Shown: piece after piece, positions 1 through 15,197 of the stretch
Numbering within the stretch: the first letter of the stretch is position 1
How the letters are laid out: each line of letters begins with the position of its first letter
DNA from: Desulfobulbus propionicus DSM 2032
GTDB taxonomy: Bacteria > Desulfobacterota > Desulfobulbia > Desulfobulbales > Desulfobulbaceae
DNA: 32,000 nt
Assembly: GCF_000186885.1 (NCBI RefSeq)
Contig: NC_014972.1
Coordinates: forward strand, 660,001 to 692,000
Reading direction: 5' to 3'
Notes under the pieces: generated by a model
What the model was told of the DNA's origin: nothing
Database searches by the model: none
Seen by the model: only the letters and a program-made list of their open reading frames with translations
Position numbers and translations under genes: made by a program

Positions 1-192
1 TACATCTACGTCAAGAAGGCCCATGTGGGTGTGATCCCCGGCATGGCCGAGTATCTGGCCGAGTTCACCAGCGACCGCGCCTGGGGCGAGGAAGGCTATC
101 TGGCTGAAAAAGGCCTGATCCCCGCGCCCGCGGAGGAGCGGACCCGGATGGCCGCCGACGCCAAGGCCCTCAAGCCGGTGGCGCTCGACTGA
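1..192 (+). CDS. pstS: Phosphate ABC transporter substrate-binding protein, C-terminal fragment (5' end outside window)
   Basis: Frame 1 reads [63 protein letters not shown], resembling PstS-type C-termini; directly upstream of pstB. Confidence 0.6.
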   Translation, partial: YIYVKKAHVGVIPGMAEYLAEFTSDRAWGEEGYLAEKGLIPAPAEERTRMAADAKALKPVALD

Positions 193-263
193 TCATCGGC
201 ACAAGACCGCCGGGGGATCGTTTCGGTCCTCTGGCGGATACGGAACACAATGGAGTCACAACC

Positions 264-1139
<876 letters not shown>

Positions 1140-1164
1140 GCGGCCGGTTTCGCGACCCGGCCGC
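1140..1164. terminator. Hairpin between convergent genes; possible bidirectional terminator, no clear T tract
   Basis: Perfect 8-bp arms GCGGCCGG/CCGGCCGC around a 9-nt loop, between pstB and the convergent kinase. Confidence 0.3.
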
Positions 1165-1165
1165 A

Positions 1166-4100
1166 TCAGGAATCGGTTTCCAGGGCCTCGCGCACCTTGG
1201 CGGCCAGCGCCGCCATGGTGAATGGTTTTTGCAGAAAGTGCATGCCCTGGTCGAGCACGCCGTGGTGGGCGATGACATTGGCCGTGTAGCCGGACATGAA
1301 CAGCATCTTGAGCCGTGGATGGAGCGCGCCGAGCGTTTTGGCCAGGTCGCGGCCGTTCATTTCCGGCATGATCACATCGGTGATCAGCAGCCGGATGGCC
1401 CCTTCGTGCTCCCGGGCCAGGCGGATGGCCTCGCTCGGGGTGGCGGCGGCCAGCACCGTGTATCCCAGATGTTCGAGCATGGACATGGTCATGTCCAAAT
1501 TCATCGGTTCATCCTCGACCAGGAGAAGGGTCTCGGGGCCGCCCGCCATCGGCGGCGCGGGTTCTTCCGGCTCTCGCTCCTCCGTTTCCCGCTCGTGCAG
1601 GGGCAGGTACATCCTGAAGGTCGTGCCCCTGCCCTGTTCGCTGTCGACATGGATGCAGCCGTTGTTCTGGCGGATGATCCCGTAGACTGTTGCCAAGCCC
1701 AGCCCGGTGCCCTTGCCCGTTTCCTTGGTGGTGAAAAACGGTTCAAACAGATGGGAGATGGTCTCCGGGGCCATGCCGCAGCCGGTATCGCTCACCGCCA
1801 GCAGCACATAGGCGCCGGGCTGACAGTCCCGGTGGGTGGTGCAGTAGGCCTCGTCCAGGGACACGGTGGCGGTTTGGATGGTGATTCGGCCGGTTTCGCC
1901 GATGGCGTCGCGGGCGTTGACGCACAGATTGACCAGGATCTGATCGAGCTGTGACGGATCGATCTTGACCGCGCCGAGATTCCTGCCCGGCAGCCAGGCC
2001 AGATCGATATCCTCGCCGATCAGCCGGCGGAGCATCTTGAGCATGCCTTCGACCGTCTCGTTGAGGTCGAGCACCTTGGGGGCCACGGTCTGCCTGCGGG
2101 CGAAGGCCAAGAGCTGGCGGGTGAGATCGGCGGAACGCTCGCCCGCCTCCCGGATGTTCTGCAGGCGGGTGAAAAGGGGATGTTCCGGGGGCAGCCCCTT
2201 GAGAGCCAGTTCGCAGTGGCCGAGAATCACGCTCAGCATATTGTTGAAATCGTGGGCCACGCCGCCGGCCAACCGGCCGATGGACTCCATTTTTTGCGCC
2301 TGGAGCAGCTGGTCTTCCAGGGCCATGCGATCGCTGACGTCCAGGTTGACGACAATGGCGCCGTCCACCCTCCCGTCGTCGTCCAGAATCGGTGTCGAGT
2401 AGTTGAGGATGGTTTTGCGCTTGCCGTCAAAGGCCTCGATTTCCAGCAGTTCGTCGACAATGGTCACGCCGTCGCGGATGGTTTTCGCCAGGGCCCAGTC
2501 ATCCGCTTCCACTGGTTCGCGCGACGGCAGGCGCCAAGCCTTGAACAGACCGAGCTCGCCGATTGACACGGTGGGTTCCCCGCCCCAGATTCGTATCCCC
2601 ATGGGGTTGCAACGCAGCAGGGTGCCGTGTTTGTCGGCAAACCACAGCCCTATGGGCAGGATCTCGAGGATGCGCTGCAACTGATTTTCCCGCCGGCGCA
2701 GTTCTTCCTCGGCCTGTTGGCGCTCGGTGATGTCGATGTTGATGCCCAGGATGCCGAGGATTTCCGTCCCCTCTCGGATCGGGGCGACGATGTTGTGAAA
2801 CTGCCGTTGCTCACCGCTGCCGATGATCAGGGCGCAGTCCTCGGAGACGATCTCGCCTCCAAGGACGCGGCGGTTGTTGGCGCGCCAGTGCTCCACGGTC
2901 TGCTGGTCGAACCGCCAGCCGGCGGACGGCTCCACGGTCAGATCGCCCCACAGGCGGATCGATTCGTCGCTCTGCATGATGATCCGCTGGCTGGTATCGC
3001 GGGCCCAGAAATCAAAAGGCAGGTTGCGCAGCATGGCCTTGAGCAGGGCATCCATGCGCATCAGGGCCTGCTCGGCCTGCTTGCGTTCGGTGATGTCGAT
3101 GGTGTAACCGGCCAGTAGATGGGTGCCGCCGAGCTCGATGGGGAACTTGATGGTCGTGTAGCTGCGGCCGTTGAATTCCTCGTCCAGGCGGAGGATCTCG
3201 CCACCGGAGACCACCGCCCAGTCATCGGCGGTCATTTGGGCGGCGAAGTCGGCGGGGAACAGCTCGTCCATGGTCTTGCCGATCATCTCGGCGGGCGGCA
3301 TGCCGATCATGTCGATAAAATTGTCACTGGCCTTGAGGGTGCGGCTCGCGGTGGGGGTGACCTCCTTGATGAAGGCGTAGATGGGCGAATGCTGGATGAA
3401 CCGGGAGAGCAGGTCGTTGCTCGTGCGCAGCGCCTCGTCGGCCCGCCGGCGTTCGGAAATGTCCCTGGCCACCCCAAGGACCAGCGGTTGGTGTTCGGAG
3501 GGGAGATAGGCTATCCGTACCTCCACCGGCAAGAGGCTGCCGTTCTTGCACCGGTGCACCGTGTCCACGGTCGCCACGTGGCGTTGCGGGATCTCTGCGA
3601 GGAAATCGGCCAAAGTCTGGGGCGTGGTCTGGGCGTCGACATCGATAATGCCCATGCCGAGCAGTTCTTTCCGGCTGTAGCCGGTCTGTTGTTCCGCGGC
3701 GACATTGACATTGATGATTCGGCCCTCCATGTCGGCGAGATAGATGGCATCCGCCGCATGCTCGACCAGGGTGCGGAACCGATGCTCACTCTCTCGTAGT
3801 TCCTTGGCGTGCTGCTGGTGCAGCCGGTCTTCCTGCTCCAGGGCGGCGGTCATCGCGTCAATGGCCTGGGCGAGGGCGCCGAATTCCGTTGCCTGGTAGG
3901 ACAGTCCGGTGCGGGCAGTCAGATCGCCGCCCGCCACCCGCGCGGTGGTGCGGATCAGTGTTTGCAGCGGTGCGGTCAGCACCCGCCGTCCGTAGCCGAA
4001 AAGCACCAGGGAGGAGCCCAGCATCAGGGCCAACAGCAGCGACAGGTTGATCACCAGCTGCCGCCGTGATTGGGCCAGCAGGTCGGCCTTGGGAAGGCCG

Positions 4101-4906
4101 ACCACCAGGGTGAACAGGTTGTCGTCCTGGCCGATGACCACCCGTTCCACCACGTAGAGCATGGGTTTCGCTTCTCCCTCTCGCACCTCGTGCAGGCCGG
4201 GCGAGGCCGCCGTCAGAGAGGCGGGCAGAAGTTCGCTCGCCGGCTTGCCGACAGCCGTGGCTGGCGATCCGCTGGCATGGAGGAGGGTTTGGTGGTGATC
4301 GAGCAGGAAAATCCGCACTCCCTGGCGGGTGGCCAAGTCGGCGAACAGTTCCTCGAAATACGACAGTTTCAGCGCCGCTCCCAGGATGACCCGCACCCGG
4401 CCGTCGGCGTCGAGGACCGGCAGGGCAAAGGGGAGGGAGGCGGTCCGGGAGGATTTGCTGATGATGAATTCATCGACCACAAAGGACTTGGCGGCCATCA
4501 CCCGTGTGAACCAGGAGCGGTCGCGGACATCGATCGGCAACTCGGCGGGGACGGAGGAGGCATGGACAAAGCCCTGGGGAGAAGCGGCCACCAGGGTGGC
4601 ATACTGCGGCATTTCCCGATGCATCCGGGTGAGCAGGGCGGCGAGGACCGCCGGCTCCAGGGAGTGGACCGCTTCGCTCTGGGCCAGGGCAACAAGGATT
4701 TGGCGGGTCTCCCGGCTTACCGATTGATAGCGGTTGGTGATCCTCTCGCCGAGCAAACGGACCTCGCCCCGGGCCTGCTTGATCTGCACCCGCTCAAGGG
4801 AATCATGGACATACAGGGTCCAGCCGGCCATGCACAGGCCAAACACGGCGATGATCGCCAGGAAATGCGTTCTGATGGCCCACTGTCTGGGGTGGCGGAT
4901 AGGCAT
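1166..4906 (-). CDS. Hybrid sensor histidine kinase (N-terminal TM/Cache-like sensor, HAMP, several PAS domains, HisKA, HATPase, receiver)
   Basis: GGVAHDFNNMLSVILGHCELAL H-box, DPSQLDQILVNLCVNARDAI N-box, GTGLGLATVYGI G-box, C-terminal VEDEPMNLD...LLITDVIMPEMNG receiver; multiple PAS/PAC motifs (DITERKQAE, DITERQQAE). Confidence 0.95.
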   Translation of the reverse strand: MPIRHPRQWAIRTHFLAIIAVFGLCMAGWTLYVHDSLERVQIKQARGEVRLLGERITNRYQSVSRETRQILVALAQSEAVHSLEPAVLAALLTRMHREMPQYATLVAASPQGFVHASSVPAELPIDVRDRSWFTRVMAAKSFVVDEFIISKSSRTASLPFALPVLDADGRVRVILGAALKLSYFEELFADLATRQGVRIFLLDHHQTLLHASGSPATAVGKPASELLPASLTAASPGLHEVREGEAKPMLYVVERVVIGQDDNLFTLVVGLPKADLLAQSRRQLVINLSLLLALMLGSSLVLFGYGRRVLTAPLQTLIRTTARVAGGDLTARTGLSYQATEFGALAQAIDAMTAALEQEDRLHQQHAKELRESEHRFRTLVEHAADAIYLADMEGRIINVNVAAEQQTGYSRKELLGMGIIDVDAQTTPQTLADFLAEIPQRHVATVDTVHRCKNGSLLPVEVRIAYLPSEHQPLVLGVARDISERRRADEALRTSNDLLSRFIQHSPIYAFIKEVTPTASRTLKASDNFIDMIGMPPAEMIGKTMDELFPADFAAQMTADDWAVVSGGEILRLDEEFNGRSYTTIKFPIELGGTHLLAGYTIDITERKQAEQALMRMDALLKAMLRNLPFDFWARDTSQRIIMQSDESIRLWGDLTVEPSAGWRFDQQTVEHWRANNRRVLGGEIVSEDCALIIGSGEQRQFHNIVAPIREGTEILGILGINIDITERQQAEEELRRRENQLQRILEILPIGLWFADKHGTLLRCNPMGIRIWGGEPTVSIGELGLFKAWRLPSREPVEADDWALAKTIRDGVTIVDELLEIEAFDGKRKTILNYSTPILDDDGRVDGAIVVNLDVSDRMALEDQLLQAQKMESIGRLAGGVAHDFNNMLSVILGHCELALKGLPPEHPLFTRLQNIREAGERSADLTRQLLAFARRQTVAPKVLDLNETVEGMLKMLRRLIGEDIDLAWLPGRNLGAVKIDPSQLDQILVNLCVNARDAIGETGRITIQTATVSLDEAYCTTHRDCQPGAYVLLAVSDTGCGMAPETISHLFEPFFTTKETGKGTGLGLATVYGIIRQNNGCIHVDSEQGRGTTFRMYLPLHERETEEREPEEPAPPMAGGPETLLLVEDEPMNLDMTMSMLEHLGYTVLAAATPSEAIRLAREHEGAIRLLITDVIMPEMNGRDLAKTLGALHPRLKMLFMSGYTANVIAHHGVLDQGMHFLQKPFTMAALAAKVREALETDS

Positions 4907-4911
4907 CGAGA

Positions 4912-5727
4912 TTACCCCAGGGCCACGTCAAGAATCATCATGGTGGCAAAACCGCTCAGGGTGGCCATGGTCACCAGGTCGATATGTTTGGTGTTGCGCT
5001 GCGATTCCGGAATCAGTTCCTCCACCACCACGAAGATCATCGCCCCGGCGGCGAAACAGAGGGCATAGGGAAGGATCGGCTGCATCTTGAGGACGAACAG
5101 CGCTCCCAAAACGCCGGCGATCGGCTCGACCAGCCCCGAGGCCTGGCCGAGAAAGAAACTTTTCCGGCGGCTGAGGCCCTCGCGCCGCAACGGCATGGAC
5201 ACCGCCGTGCCCTCGGGAAAATTCTGCAGGCCGATGCCGATGGCCAGCGCCATGGCCCCGCCGATGGAGGCCGAGGGCAGATCCGCGGCCACCGCGCCGA
5301 AGGCCACGCCCACCGCCAGCCCCTCGGGGATGTTGTGCAGGGTGATGGCCAGCACCAGCAGCGTGCTGCGCTGCCAGGAGGTTTTGATCCCTTCCCGTTG
5401 GGACATGGCCAGGCCGGGATGGAGATGGGGCAGGATTCTGTCGATCAGGCGCATGAACACACCTCCGGCCATGAAGCCGACGGCAGCGGTCAGCCAGGGA
5501 GTGTGGCCCAGGGCTTCGGCCATCTCGATTCCCGGCGCCAGCAGCGACCAGAAGCTGGCCGCGATCATCACCCCGGCGGCAAAGCCGAGCAGTCCGTCGA
5601 GGAGCCGCTGGTTGATCTCGCGGTGCATGAACACCAGGCCGGCGCCGGCAGCGGTCATGGCCCAGGTGAACAGGGTGGCCAGCAGGGCCAGGAAAACAGG
5701 GTGGACATGTTGCAGAAATCCAAACAT
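4912..5727 (-). CDS. ZIP family divalent metal transporter
   Basis: TM-rich; [14 protein letters not shown] and [18 protein letters not shown] motifs; ATG at 5727 with GGAGG upstream. Confidence 0.9.
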   Translation of the reverse strand: MFGFLQHVHPVFLALLATLFTWAMTAAGAGLVFMHREINQRLLDGLLGFAAGVMIAASFWSLLAPGIEMAEALGHTPWLTAAVGFMAGGVFMRLIDRILPHLHPGLAMSQREGIKTSWQRSTLLVLAITLHNIPEGLAVGVAFGAVAADLPSASIGGAMALAIGIGLQNFPEGTAVSMPLRREGLSRRKSFFLGQASGLVEPIAGVLGALFVLKMQPILPYALCFAAGAMIFVVVEELIPESQRNTKHIDLVTMATLSGFATMMILDVALG

Positions 5728-5840
5728 GAGGAGGCCTCCCGTGGGTGGATGAGCGGTAAGAGCGTCTGCGGCGGGAAAATCGTCCGCCGGCCCTGAATAT
5801 ACTCCGTGGTCCCCTCGGACGGATATGGAAAAATGCGCGG

Positions 5841-6755
5841 TCAGCAGCGAGGAGCGGCTGTCCCGCCCGGCTCCCGCGGCAGAGAACGCATCCGTCCCGG
5901 GAGGCGGCGTTCGAGCAGGGTCTCGAAGTGGCGGACCACCTGCCAGTAGCGGCCGAGATCGATCCCGGTTTCGATCCCCATGCCGTTGAAGAGGTGGAGG
6001 GCCTCCTCGGTGGCCACGTTGCCGCCCGCTCCCTCGATGCAGGGGCAGCCGCCCAGGCCGCCCGCGGCCACGTCGAAAATGCGTACCCCGGCCTCGTAAC
6101 CGGCGTACAGGTTGACCAATCCCATGCCCCAGGTATCGTGGCAATGGAGCGACAGCTCGACCTGTGGATGGGCGGTGCGCACCAGGCCCACCAGCCGTTT
6201 GATCTGCAGGGGACCGGCCATGCCGGCGGTGTCGGCCAGGTTGATCTCCTGCGCGCCGGCCTCGACCATCCGCGCCACCGCCTCCAGCACCGTATTTTCG
6301 GCAATGACGCCTTCCTCGGCGCAACCGAAGGCGCACTGCAAACCGGCCCGCACCCGGATGCCGCCGGCCACGGCCCGGGTGATCAACCCGGTCATGGCCT
6401 CCAGGGCCTCGGCCGTGGAGCGGCCGGTGTTTGTGCGGCTGTGGCTGTCGGAGACCGAGGCGGACATGCTCAGATGGCCAAGGCCGCTGCGCGCCGCCCG
6501 TTCCAGCCCCTTTTCGTTGAGCACCAGGGCTGTGCACAGGATGTCCGGATACTGCCGCCGCACCAGGGAGACGAGCACGTCGGTGTTGGCCACCTGCGGC
6601 ACGGAACGCGGGCTGACAAAGCTGCCGAGCTGCACCCTGCGCACCCCGGCCTCGGCCAGCAGCCGGACAATCTCCATCTTTTCCGTCAGGCTGAACAGCC
6701 GGTTTTCCGCCTGCAATCCGTCCCGCAGCGACTCTTCTTCCAAGACAACCCGCAT
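5841..6755 (-). CDS. Hydroxymethylglutaryl-CoA lyase-like (HMGL/DRE-TIM family) enzyme
   Basis: [15 protein letters not shown]...[11 protein letters not shown]...[13 protein letters not shown]...[49 protein letters not shown]; start ATG 6755 preceded by AAGGAGA. Confidence 0.85.
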   Translation of the reverse strand: MRVVLEEESLRDGLQAENRLFSLTEKMEIVRLLAEAGVRRVQLGSFVSPRSVPQVANTDVLVSLVRRQYPDILCTALVLNEKGLERAARSGLGHLSMSASVSDSHSRTNTGRSTAEALEAMTGLITRAVAGGIRVRAGLQCAFGCAEEGVIAENTVLEAVARMVEAGAQEINLADTAGMAGPLQIKRLVGLVRTAHPQVELSLHCHDTWGMGLVNLYAGYEAGVRIFDVAAGGLGGCPCIEGAGGNVATEEALHLFNGMGIETGIDLGRYWQVVRHFETLLERRLPGRMRSLPREPGGTAAPRC

Positions 6756-6792
6756 CACTTCTCCTTGATGAAATTCCCCCTCCCTGTCCAGT

Positions 6793-6808
6793 CGGCACGT
6801 TCGATGCA
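6793..6808 (+). promoter_or_regulatory. Candidate sigma-54 promoter upstream of the kinase/PAS/regulator operon
   Basis: CGGCAC-GTTCG-ATGCA versus consensus TGGCAC-N5-TTGCW; GG at 6794-6795 and GC at 6806-6807 with exact 10-bp spacing. Confidence 0.55.
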
Positions 6809-6845
6809 GGAGCGAGGGAGAAAACGACATTTTTGCTGCGCGCAT

Positions 6846-6861
6846 GCCACATAGGTGTGGT
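6846..6861. promoter_or_regulatory. Palindromic regulator-binding-site candidate, site A1 (GCCAC-N6-GTGGT)
   Basis: GCCAC ATAGGT GTGGT; same pattern recurs in two other intergenic regions. Confidence 0.55.
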
Positions 6862-6887
6862 ATGAGTGTGGCAGCGTGCCACTGGAT

Positions 6888-6903
6888 GCCGCACAACTGT
6901 GGC
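6888..6903. promoter_or_regulatory. Palindromic regulator-binding-site candidate, site A2
   Basis: GCCGC ACAACT GTGGC. Confidence 0.5.
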
Positions 6904-6943
6904 GCATTTCGATCTGGTAACGAATGAAAAATAATAGCATGTC

Positions 6944-8989
6944 ATGGACCAAGAAGCGAAAAGAATAGCGCTGTATGTGCAGCGCTACAAGCTGTTACGG
7001 GAGATCGGCGAGCTCCAGGTCGAGGCGGCGGCGGATGAGGCGGCCTTTCTCACCCGCTGTTGCGCGCTGCTGCTCCAGGATCCGGAATACTGCCTGATCT
7101 GGGTGGGCCGCGAGGAACAGGACGGCACGCTCACCCCGGTGACCACCGTGGTCCAGCAGGGACTGCCGGCCCCGCAGTGCCGGGGCTTGGTGGTTCAGCT
7201 CGTGTCCGAGGCGGCGGTCACCATCACCGCGGCCCAGGCCTTGGCCAAGGGCGAACCGGTCGTGACCAGCCTCGCGCCCGCCGAGGAATCGGAGCCGTCG
7301 CCCCTGACCCTGCTGACCACGATCACCGGCAGCCGCGTCTGCGGATCCTGGCCCCTGCTGCATGATCGGCAGAAATATGGGGTACTGACCATCCATTCGA
7401 TCCGCGAGGGCGGGTTGAGCGGCATCGAGCTCGATTTCATCGCCAACGTGGTGGCCACCATCTCGCGCACCCTCTTCCTGCGCCACACCTCGCATCACCT
7501 CCGCCTGGAGCACGACTTCAACTGCGAGATCGTGCAGACCGTGCAGGCCCTTTTGGTGTCGCTCTCCCATTGCGGCGAGATCCTCTCCTTCAACCGCACC
7601 GCCCAGGAGGTCACCGGCTACGGCGAGGCCGAGGTCAAGGGGAGGTTCTGGGTCGATGTGCTCATCAGTCCGGAGCGGCGGGCGGCCAGCCAGAACCAGC
7701 TGTCGCGGGTGCTCAAGGGAGGCCAGTCGGAGATGAATTTCCGGGCCGAACTCCAGACCCGCGGCGGCGACAAGCGGATGATCGAGTGGCACGGCTCCAT
7801 TCGGCCGGACATCGAGCAGGGCCGGGTGGGGCTGGTGCTGTTCGGCATCGACATCACCAACCGGATGGCGGCGGACCGGGCGCTCACCCATGCCCTGGCC
7901 AAGTGGGAAAACATCTTTTCCTCGGTCCAGGATCCGGCCCTGATTGTTTCCGCCCAGGGCACCATCCTCGATGTCAACCCCGCGACCGTGGCGGCGGCGC
8001 GCCGCCCCCGCGAGGAAATCATCGGCCGGGGGGTGTGCGAGATTCTCCACGGCGGCCGCAGACCGGGGGCCATCTGCCCTCTGGAGGTCCTGCTCGGCCA
8101 GCAGAAGAGCCGGATCTTCGAGACCGAGCTGCGCGGCCTGCGCGGCAACTTCCTGCTCACCGTCAGCCCCCTGCGCCAGGAGGACGGCACCTCCGAGGTC
8201 TCCCTGCTGCTCGCCCGCGACCTGACCGAAGAGCAGCTGATGAAGGCCGAGGCCTTCCGCGCCGCTCAACTGGCCTCGGTGGGCGAGCTGGCCGCCGGCG
8301 TGGCCCACGAGATCAACAACCCGATCAACGGCATCATCAACTACGCCCAGATCCTGCTCGACTCCAACCAGAGTCAGCAGCACACCCATTTCCTCCACTG
8401 CATCATCAAGGAAGGGCGGCGGATCGCCGGAATCACCAAGAATCTGCTCGATTTTTCCCGCAAGCGGGAAGAGTCGCCCGAACCGGTCAGCGTGCCCACC
8501 CTGTTCCGCCACTGCATCGAGCTGATCCAGCACCAGTACCTGATCGACGGTATTGCCCTGTCCGAGGAGTATGCCGCCGATCTGCCGCTGGCCTTCTGCA
8601 ATCCGCAGCAGATCCAGCAGGTGTTTCTCAACGTGTTCAGCAACGCCCGCTACGCCCTCAATGAACGCTACCCCCTGCCGCACGCCAACAAACGCATTGC
8701 CATCGCCGCCCTGCGCCGACAGCGCGATAACCGGGAATTCGTGCGCATCACCATCACCGATTACGGTACCGGCATCGAGCACGATTTGATGGATCGGGTG
8801 ATGGACCCCTTTTTTTCCACCAAGACCAAGGGCGAGGGCACCGGCCTGGGCTTGAGCATCAGCCACAGCCTGGTGCGGGAGAACAAGGGCTTGTTCCGCC
8901 TCCAGAGTCAGTGGGGCAAATGGACCATGGTCACCATCGATTTGCCGGCGGCTGAGGAACAGCGTGCCCGGGACGAACGTCCTCGCTGA
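6944..8989 (+). CDS. Sensor histidine kinase (GAF-like, two PAS, HisKA, HATPase)
   Basis: H-box [24 protein letters not shown]-box [18 protein letters not shown]2 [13 protein letters not shown]; two PAS segments. Confidence 0.93.
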   Translation: MDQEAKRIALYVQRYKLLREIGELQVEAAADEAAFLTRCCALLLQDPEYCLIWVGREEQDGTLTPVTTVVQQGLPAPQCRGLVVQLVSEAAVTITAAQALAKGEPVVTSLAPAEESEPSPLTLLTTITGSRVCGSWPLLHDRQKYGVLTIHSIREGGLSGIELDFIANVVATISRTLFLRHTSHHLRLEHDFNCEIVQTVQALLVSLSHCGEILSFNRTAQEVTGYGEAEVKGRFWVDVLISPERRAASQNQLSRVLKGGQSEMNFRAELQTRGGDKRMIEWHGSIRPDIEQGRVGLVLFGIDITNRMAADRALTHALAKWENIFSSVQDPALIVSAQGTILDVNPATVAAARRPREEIIGRGVCEILHGGRRPGAICPLEVLLGQQKSRIFETELRGLRGNFLLTVSPLRQEDGTSEVSLLLARDLTEEQLMKAEAFRAAQLASVGELAAGVAHEINNPINGIINYAQILLDSNQSQQHTHFLHCIIKEGRRIAGITKNLLDFSRKREESPEPVSVPTLFRHCIELIQHQYLIDGIALSEEYAADLPLAFCNPQQIQQVFLNVFSNARYALNERYPLPHANKRIAIAALRRQRDNREFVRITITDYGTGIEHDLMDRVMDPFFSTKTKGEGTGLGLSISHSLVRENKGLFRLQSQWGKWTMVTIDLPAAEEQRARDERPR

Positions 8990-9034
8990 TCGAGGGCGCC
9001 CTTTCCCGTCAACATCCTTCAAGAGGAGCATCTC

Positions 9035-9801
9035 ATGCCTGAACAGACCCGTTTCATCGTCCAACTGGGAATCCTGTTCCTGGTGGCGGCCATCCTTCTG
9101 CTGCTGATGGACCGGCAGATGCTCATCGGTCCGGAGGAACTGGCGCAGTGGCCCTTTGCGCTGTTGTCCCTGGTGGTGGTCGCAGGACTGTTTGCGGTGG
9201 TGGCCCTGCTGACCCATGCGCGGCTGCGCGCCCTGGACCGCTCGCTCGCCGCCCTGGAGCACCAGCTGGCCGAGGCCAACCATGAACTGACCCTGACCCG
9301 CAACACCCTCGAACAGCGGGTGGAGCGGCGGACCTTTGAAATTTCGGTGGCCAACGCTTCGCTCAACCGGGAGATCGCCGAGCGGATCCAGGCCGAGGCC
9401 GAGACCAGGCGGATCAAGCGGCGGATGGAGCTGATCCTCGAATCAGCGGGCGAGGGCATCTTCGGCCTGGACATCGACGGCAAGGTGACCTTTGTCAACA
9501 AGGCCGCGGCGCTGATGCTCGGCTGGGAGGCGGACGATCTGGTCGGACAGTCGCACCATGCGCTCATTCACCACACCCGGGCCGACGGCACCTCCTACCC
9601 GGTCAGCCAGTGCCCGATCCACCAGGCCTACCGCGACGGCAAGGTCCATTTCGGCGACGACGAGGTATTCTGGAAGCGTGACGGCGCCAGTTTTCCGGTG
9701 GCATACATCAGCACCCCCATTCTGGAAAACCGCCGCCTGACCGGCGCGGTGGTGGTCTTCCGCGACCTGACCTCCTATCGCCAACCCCAGCCCCTGGGAG
9801 A

Positions 9802-9805
<4 letters not shown>
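9035..9805 (+). CDS. Membrane-anchored coiled-coil/PAS protein with no kinase domain
   Basis: Two hydrophobic N-terminal segments, coiled region, then RMELILESAGEGIFGLDIDGKVTFVNKAAALMLGWEADDLVGQ PAS; ends ...VVFRDLTSYRQPQPLGE with no H-box or ATPase. Confidence 0.8.
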
Positions 9806-11598
<1,793 letters not shown>

Positions 11599-11602
11599 GC
11601 GC

Positions 11603-11618
11603 GCCACGATTGTGTGGT
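11603..11618. promoter_or_regulatory. Palindromic regulator-binding-site candidate, site B1
   Basis: GCCAC GATTGT GTGGT. Confidence 0.55.
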
Positions 11619-11632
11619 CACGAAACTGTGGC
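11617..11632. promoter_or_regulatory. Palindromic regulator-binding-site candidate, site B2 (one mismatch)
   Basis: GTCAC GAAACT GTGGC. Confidence 0.4.
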
Positions 11633-11649
11633 GATGCCACGGTTTCGTG
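11619..11649. terminator. Strong stem-loop downstream of the regulator gene; terminator or paired operator
   Basis: CACGAAACTGTGGC-GAT-GCCACGGTTTCGTG: 14-bp stem with one G-T wobble, followed by GGTTTT. Confidence 0.5.
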
Positions 11650-11651
11650 GT
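11636..11651. promoter_or_regulatory. Palindromic regulator-binding-site candidate, site B3
   Basis: GCCAC GGTTTC GTGGT. Confidence 0.55.
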
Positions 11652-11772
11652 TTTCCCTCCTGCCCGCCGCCGCGTGCCTGCCGGCTGCCCCTCGGTTGTG
11701 TCTCGATTGTTTTGTGCGGAGTCAAAGGCGGATAGGGCTAAATCGCCGGTGCGGCACCAATCCGGTTCAGTG

Positions 11773-11788
11773 TGGCACTTCCCATGCA
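11773..11788 (+). promoter_or_regulatory. Candidate sigma-54 promoter upstream of the transposase-like/ftsH/cytochrome operon
   Basis: TGGCAC-TTCCC-ATGCA, one mismatch to TGGCAC-N5-TTGCA; predicted start about 11799, about 43 nt before ATG 11842. Confidence 0.7.
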
Positions 11789-11841
11789 AACGTCCGTAGC
11801 CAAGTGGATAGGTATGTCCCCTCAGCTCCTGGACCGCCATC

Positions 11842-12776
11842 ATGGACACGACCAGCGCCGAAAACCAGAGTCCCATTCTCAAGACCTTTGACCAGCTCTT
11901 TCCCACGGAAGAGGACTGCGTTGCCTTTCTGTTTCCCTTGCGCTGGCCGCAGGGATTTGTCTGCCCCTTCTGCCGCACCCGTCATCCGCAGCTGACGCCC
12001 CGTCGCTACCCGGTCTGTCCGCACTGCGGCAACCGCAGTTCGCTGACCACCGGCACCCTGATGCACGGGGCCAAGAAACCGCTCCGGGAATGGCTGCTGA
12101 CCATCTGGTGGTTCAGCGCCCAGCCGCTGGATGTCAGCGCCAAGGAGTTGCAGCGGCTGCTGGGCACCTCCTGCTACCAGACGGCCTGGACCTGGCTGCA
12201 GAAACTGCGCCTGGCCATGGGGCGGGCCGATGACGAACGCTGCCGGGGGGTGGTGGAGATCGGCTGCGGCCTCGTGGCCCCGGCGTACGAGCGCAAGGAA
12301 CGCGCCCTGGTGCTGACCGCCGCCGAAATCGTGCTCGCCCTCGGCATCACCGGCCGTATTCGCATGCGCCACATCCCCCAGCTCGACCGCAAGCAGCTGG
12401 TGCTGTTTCTCCACGACGCGGTCCAGGTCAACAGTACCCTGCTCAGCGGCGACGCACAGCTGCTCGCCCTCCTGGACCAGGCAGGCCCCTATGCCGTGGC
12501 CCCGACGCAGCCCGATTCCTTGCTGCAGCCGTCGCGGGCCTTCGAGCTGGGTCGTAGTTTCGAGACCTGCCTGCACACCGTGCACCGCGGCGGGGTCACG
12601 GTCAAGCACCTCCAGCTCTACCTCGATGAATTCTGCTTTCGCAACAATGCCTCGCTCCTGTCCGATCACCAGGCGGTGTTCAGGGCCCTGCTCAGCGGCG
12701 TGCTGGGAAGCGCGGGGCATCCGGAGCAGGCGACCCGGCCGCTGCACGAGGCGGCGCGCCGCGGCGGGAGGCAGCC

Positions 12777-12780
<4 letters not shown>
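11842..12780 (+). CDS. Degenerate ISXO2/IS1595-type transposase-like zinc-ribbon protein, possibly domesticated
   Basis: Zinc ribbon CPFCRTRH...YPVCPHCGNRSSLTTGTLMHGAKKPLREWLLTIWWFSA; C-terminal HRGGVTVKHLQLYLDEFCFRNN resembles the ISXO2 HxxVSPKHLxRYLDEFxFRxN segment; first catalytic VEVDE replaced by VEIGCG. Confidence 0.75.
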
Positions 12781-14629
<1,849 letters not shown>

Positions 14630-14633
<4 letters not shown>

Positions 14634-15160
14634 CGATTAATCCCAAGGCCGTGCTCGCGGCCGCGGTTGTACTGCTGGCCGGGGCCTTGCCAACGCCTGG
14701 CCTGGCCCTGGAGCAGATCGATGCGCCGGAGACGGTGACCATCGATGCCCTGGCCAATCTGTATCAGCCGGTCCAATTCAGCCACAAACGACATGCGCAG
14801 CTGGCCCGATGCAAGGATTGCCATCACCACACCACCGGCCACCAGGACATGGATCCCAACTGCGTCCGCTGCCATGCCCATTCCCCGGAAGCCAGCACCG
14901 TGTCGTGCAAGGACTGCCATACCCACAAGCAGTTCTATCCCGAACAGGTCACCGCTACCGACAACCGCAACCTCTATCACATCGACAAACCGGGACTGAA
15001 GGGCGCCTACCACCTCAACTGCGTGCCCTGCCACGTGAAGAAGAACGCGCCGTCGCACTGCGAGGGCTGCCACGCCATGACCGATGCCGGCAAAACCTTC
15101 TTTCATCTTGACGGCAAGGGGCAGGGCAAGGCCAACGCCAAGGACAGCCACGGTAAATGA
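14630..15160 (+). CDS. Periplasmic multiheme cytochrome c (five CxxCH)
   Basis: Signal peptide MTINPKAVLAAAVVLLAGALPTPGLA; CKDCH, CVRCH, CKDCH, CVPCH, CEGCH; ATGA overlap with ftsH. Confidence 0.9.
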
Positions 15161-15197
15161 TCCCGCATACACATTAACGCCACAACCACAGAGGTAC

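Noticed and set aside
4070-5068. + strand ORF (332 aa) antisense to kinase and ZIP genes
   Set aside because: No recognisable domain; opposite strand has well-supported genes.
6838-6852. Minus-strand -24/-12-like sequence TGGCAT-GCGCG-CAGCA facing the lyase gene
   Set aside because: Spacing fits but the -12 element is poor; kept only as a weak possibility for divergent control.
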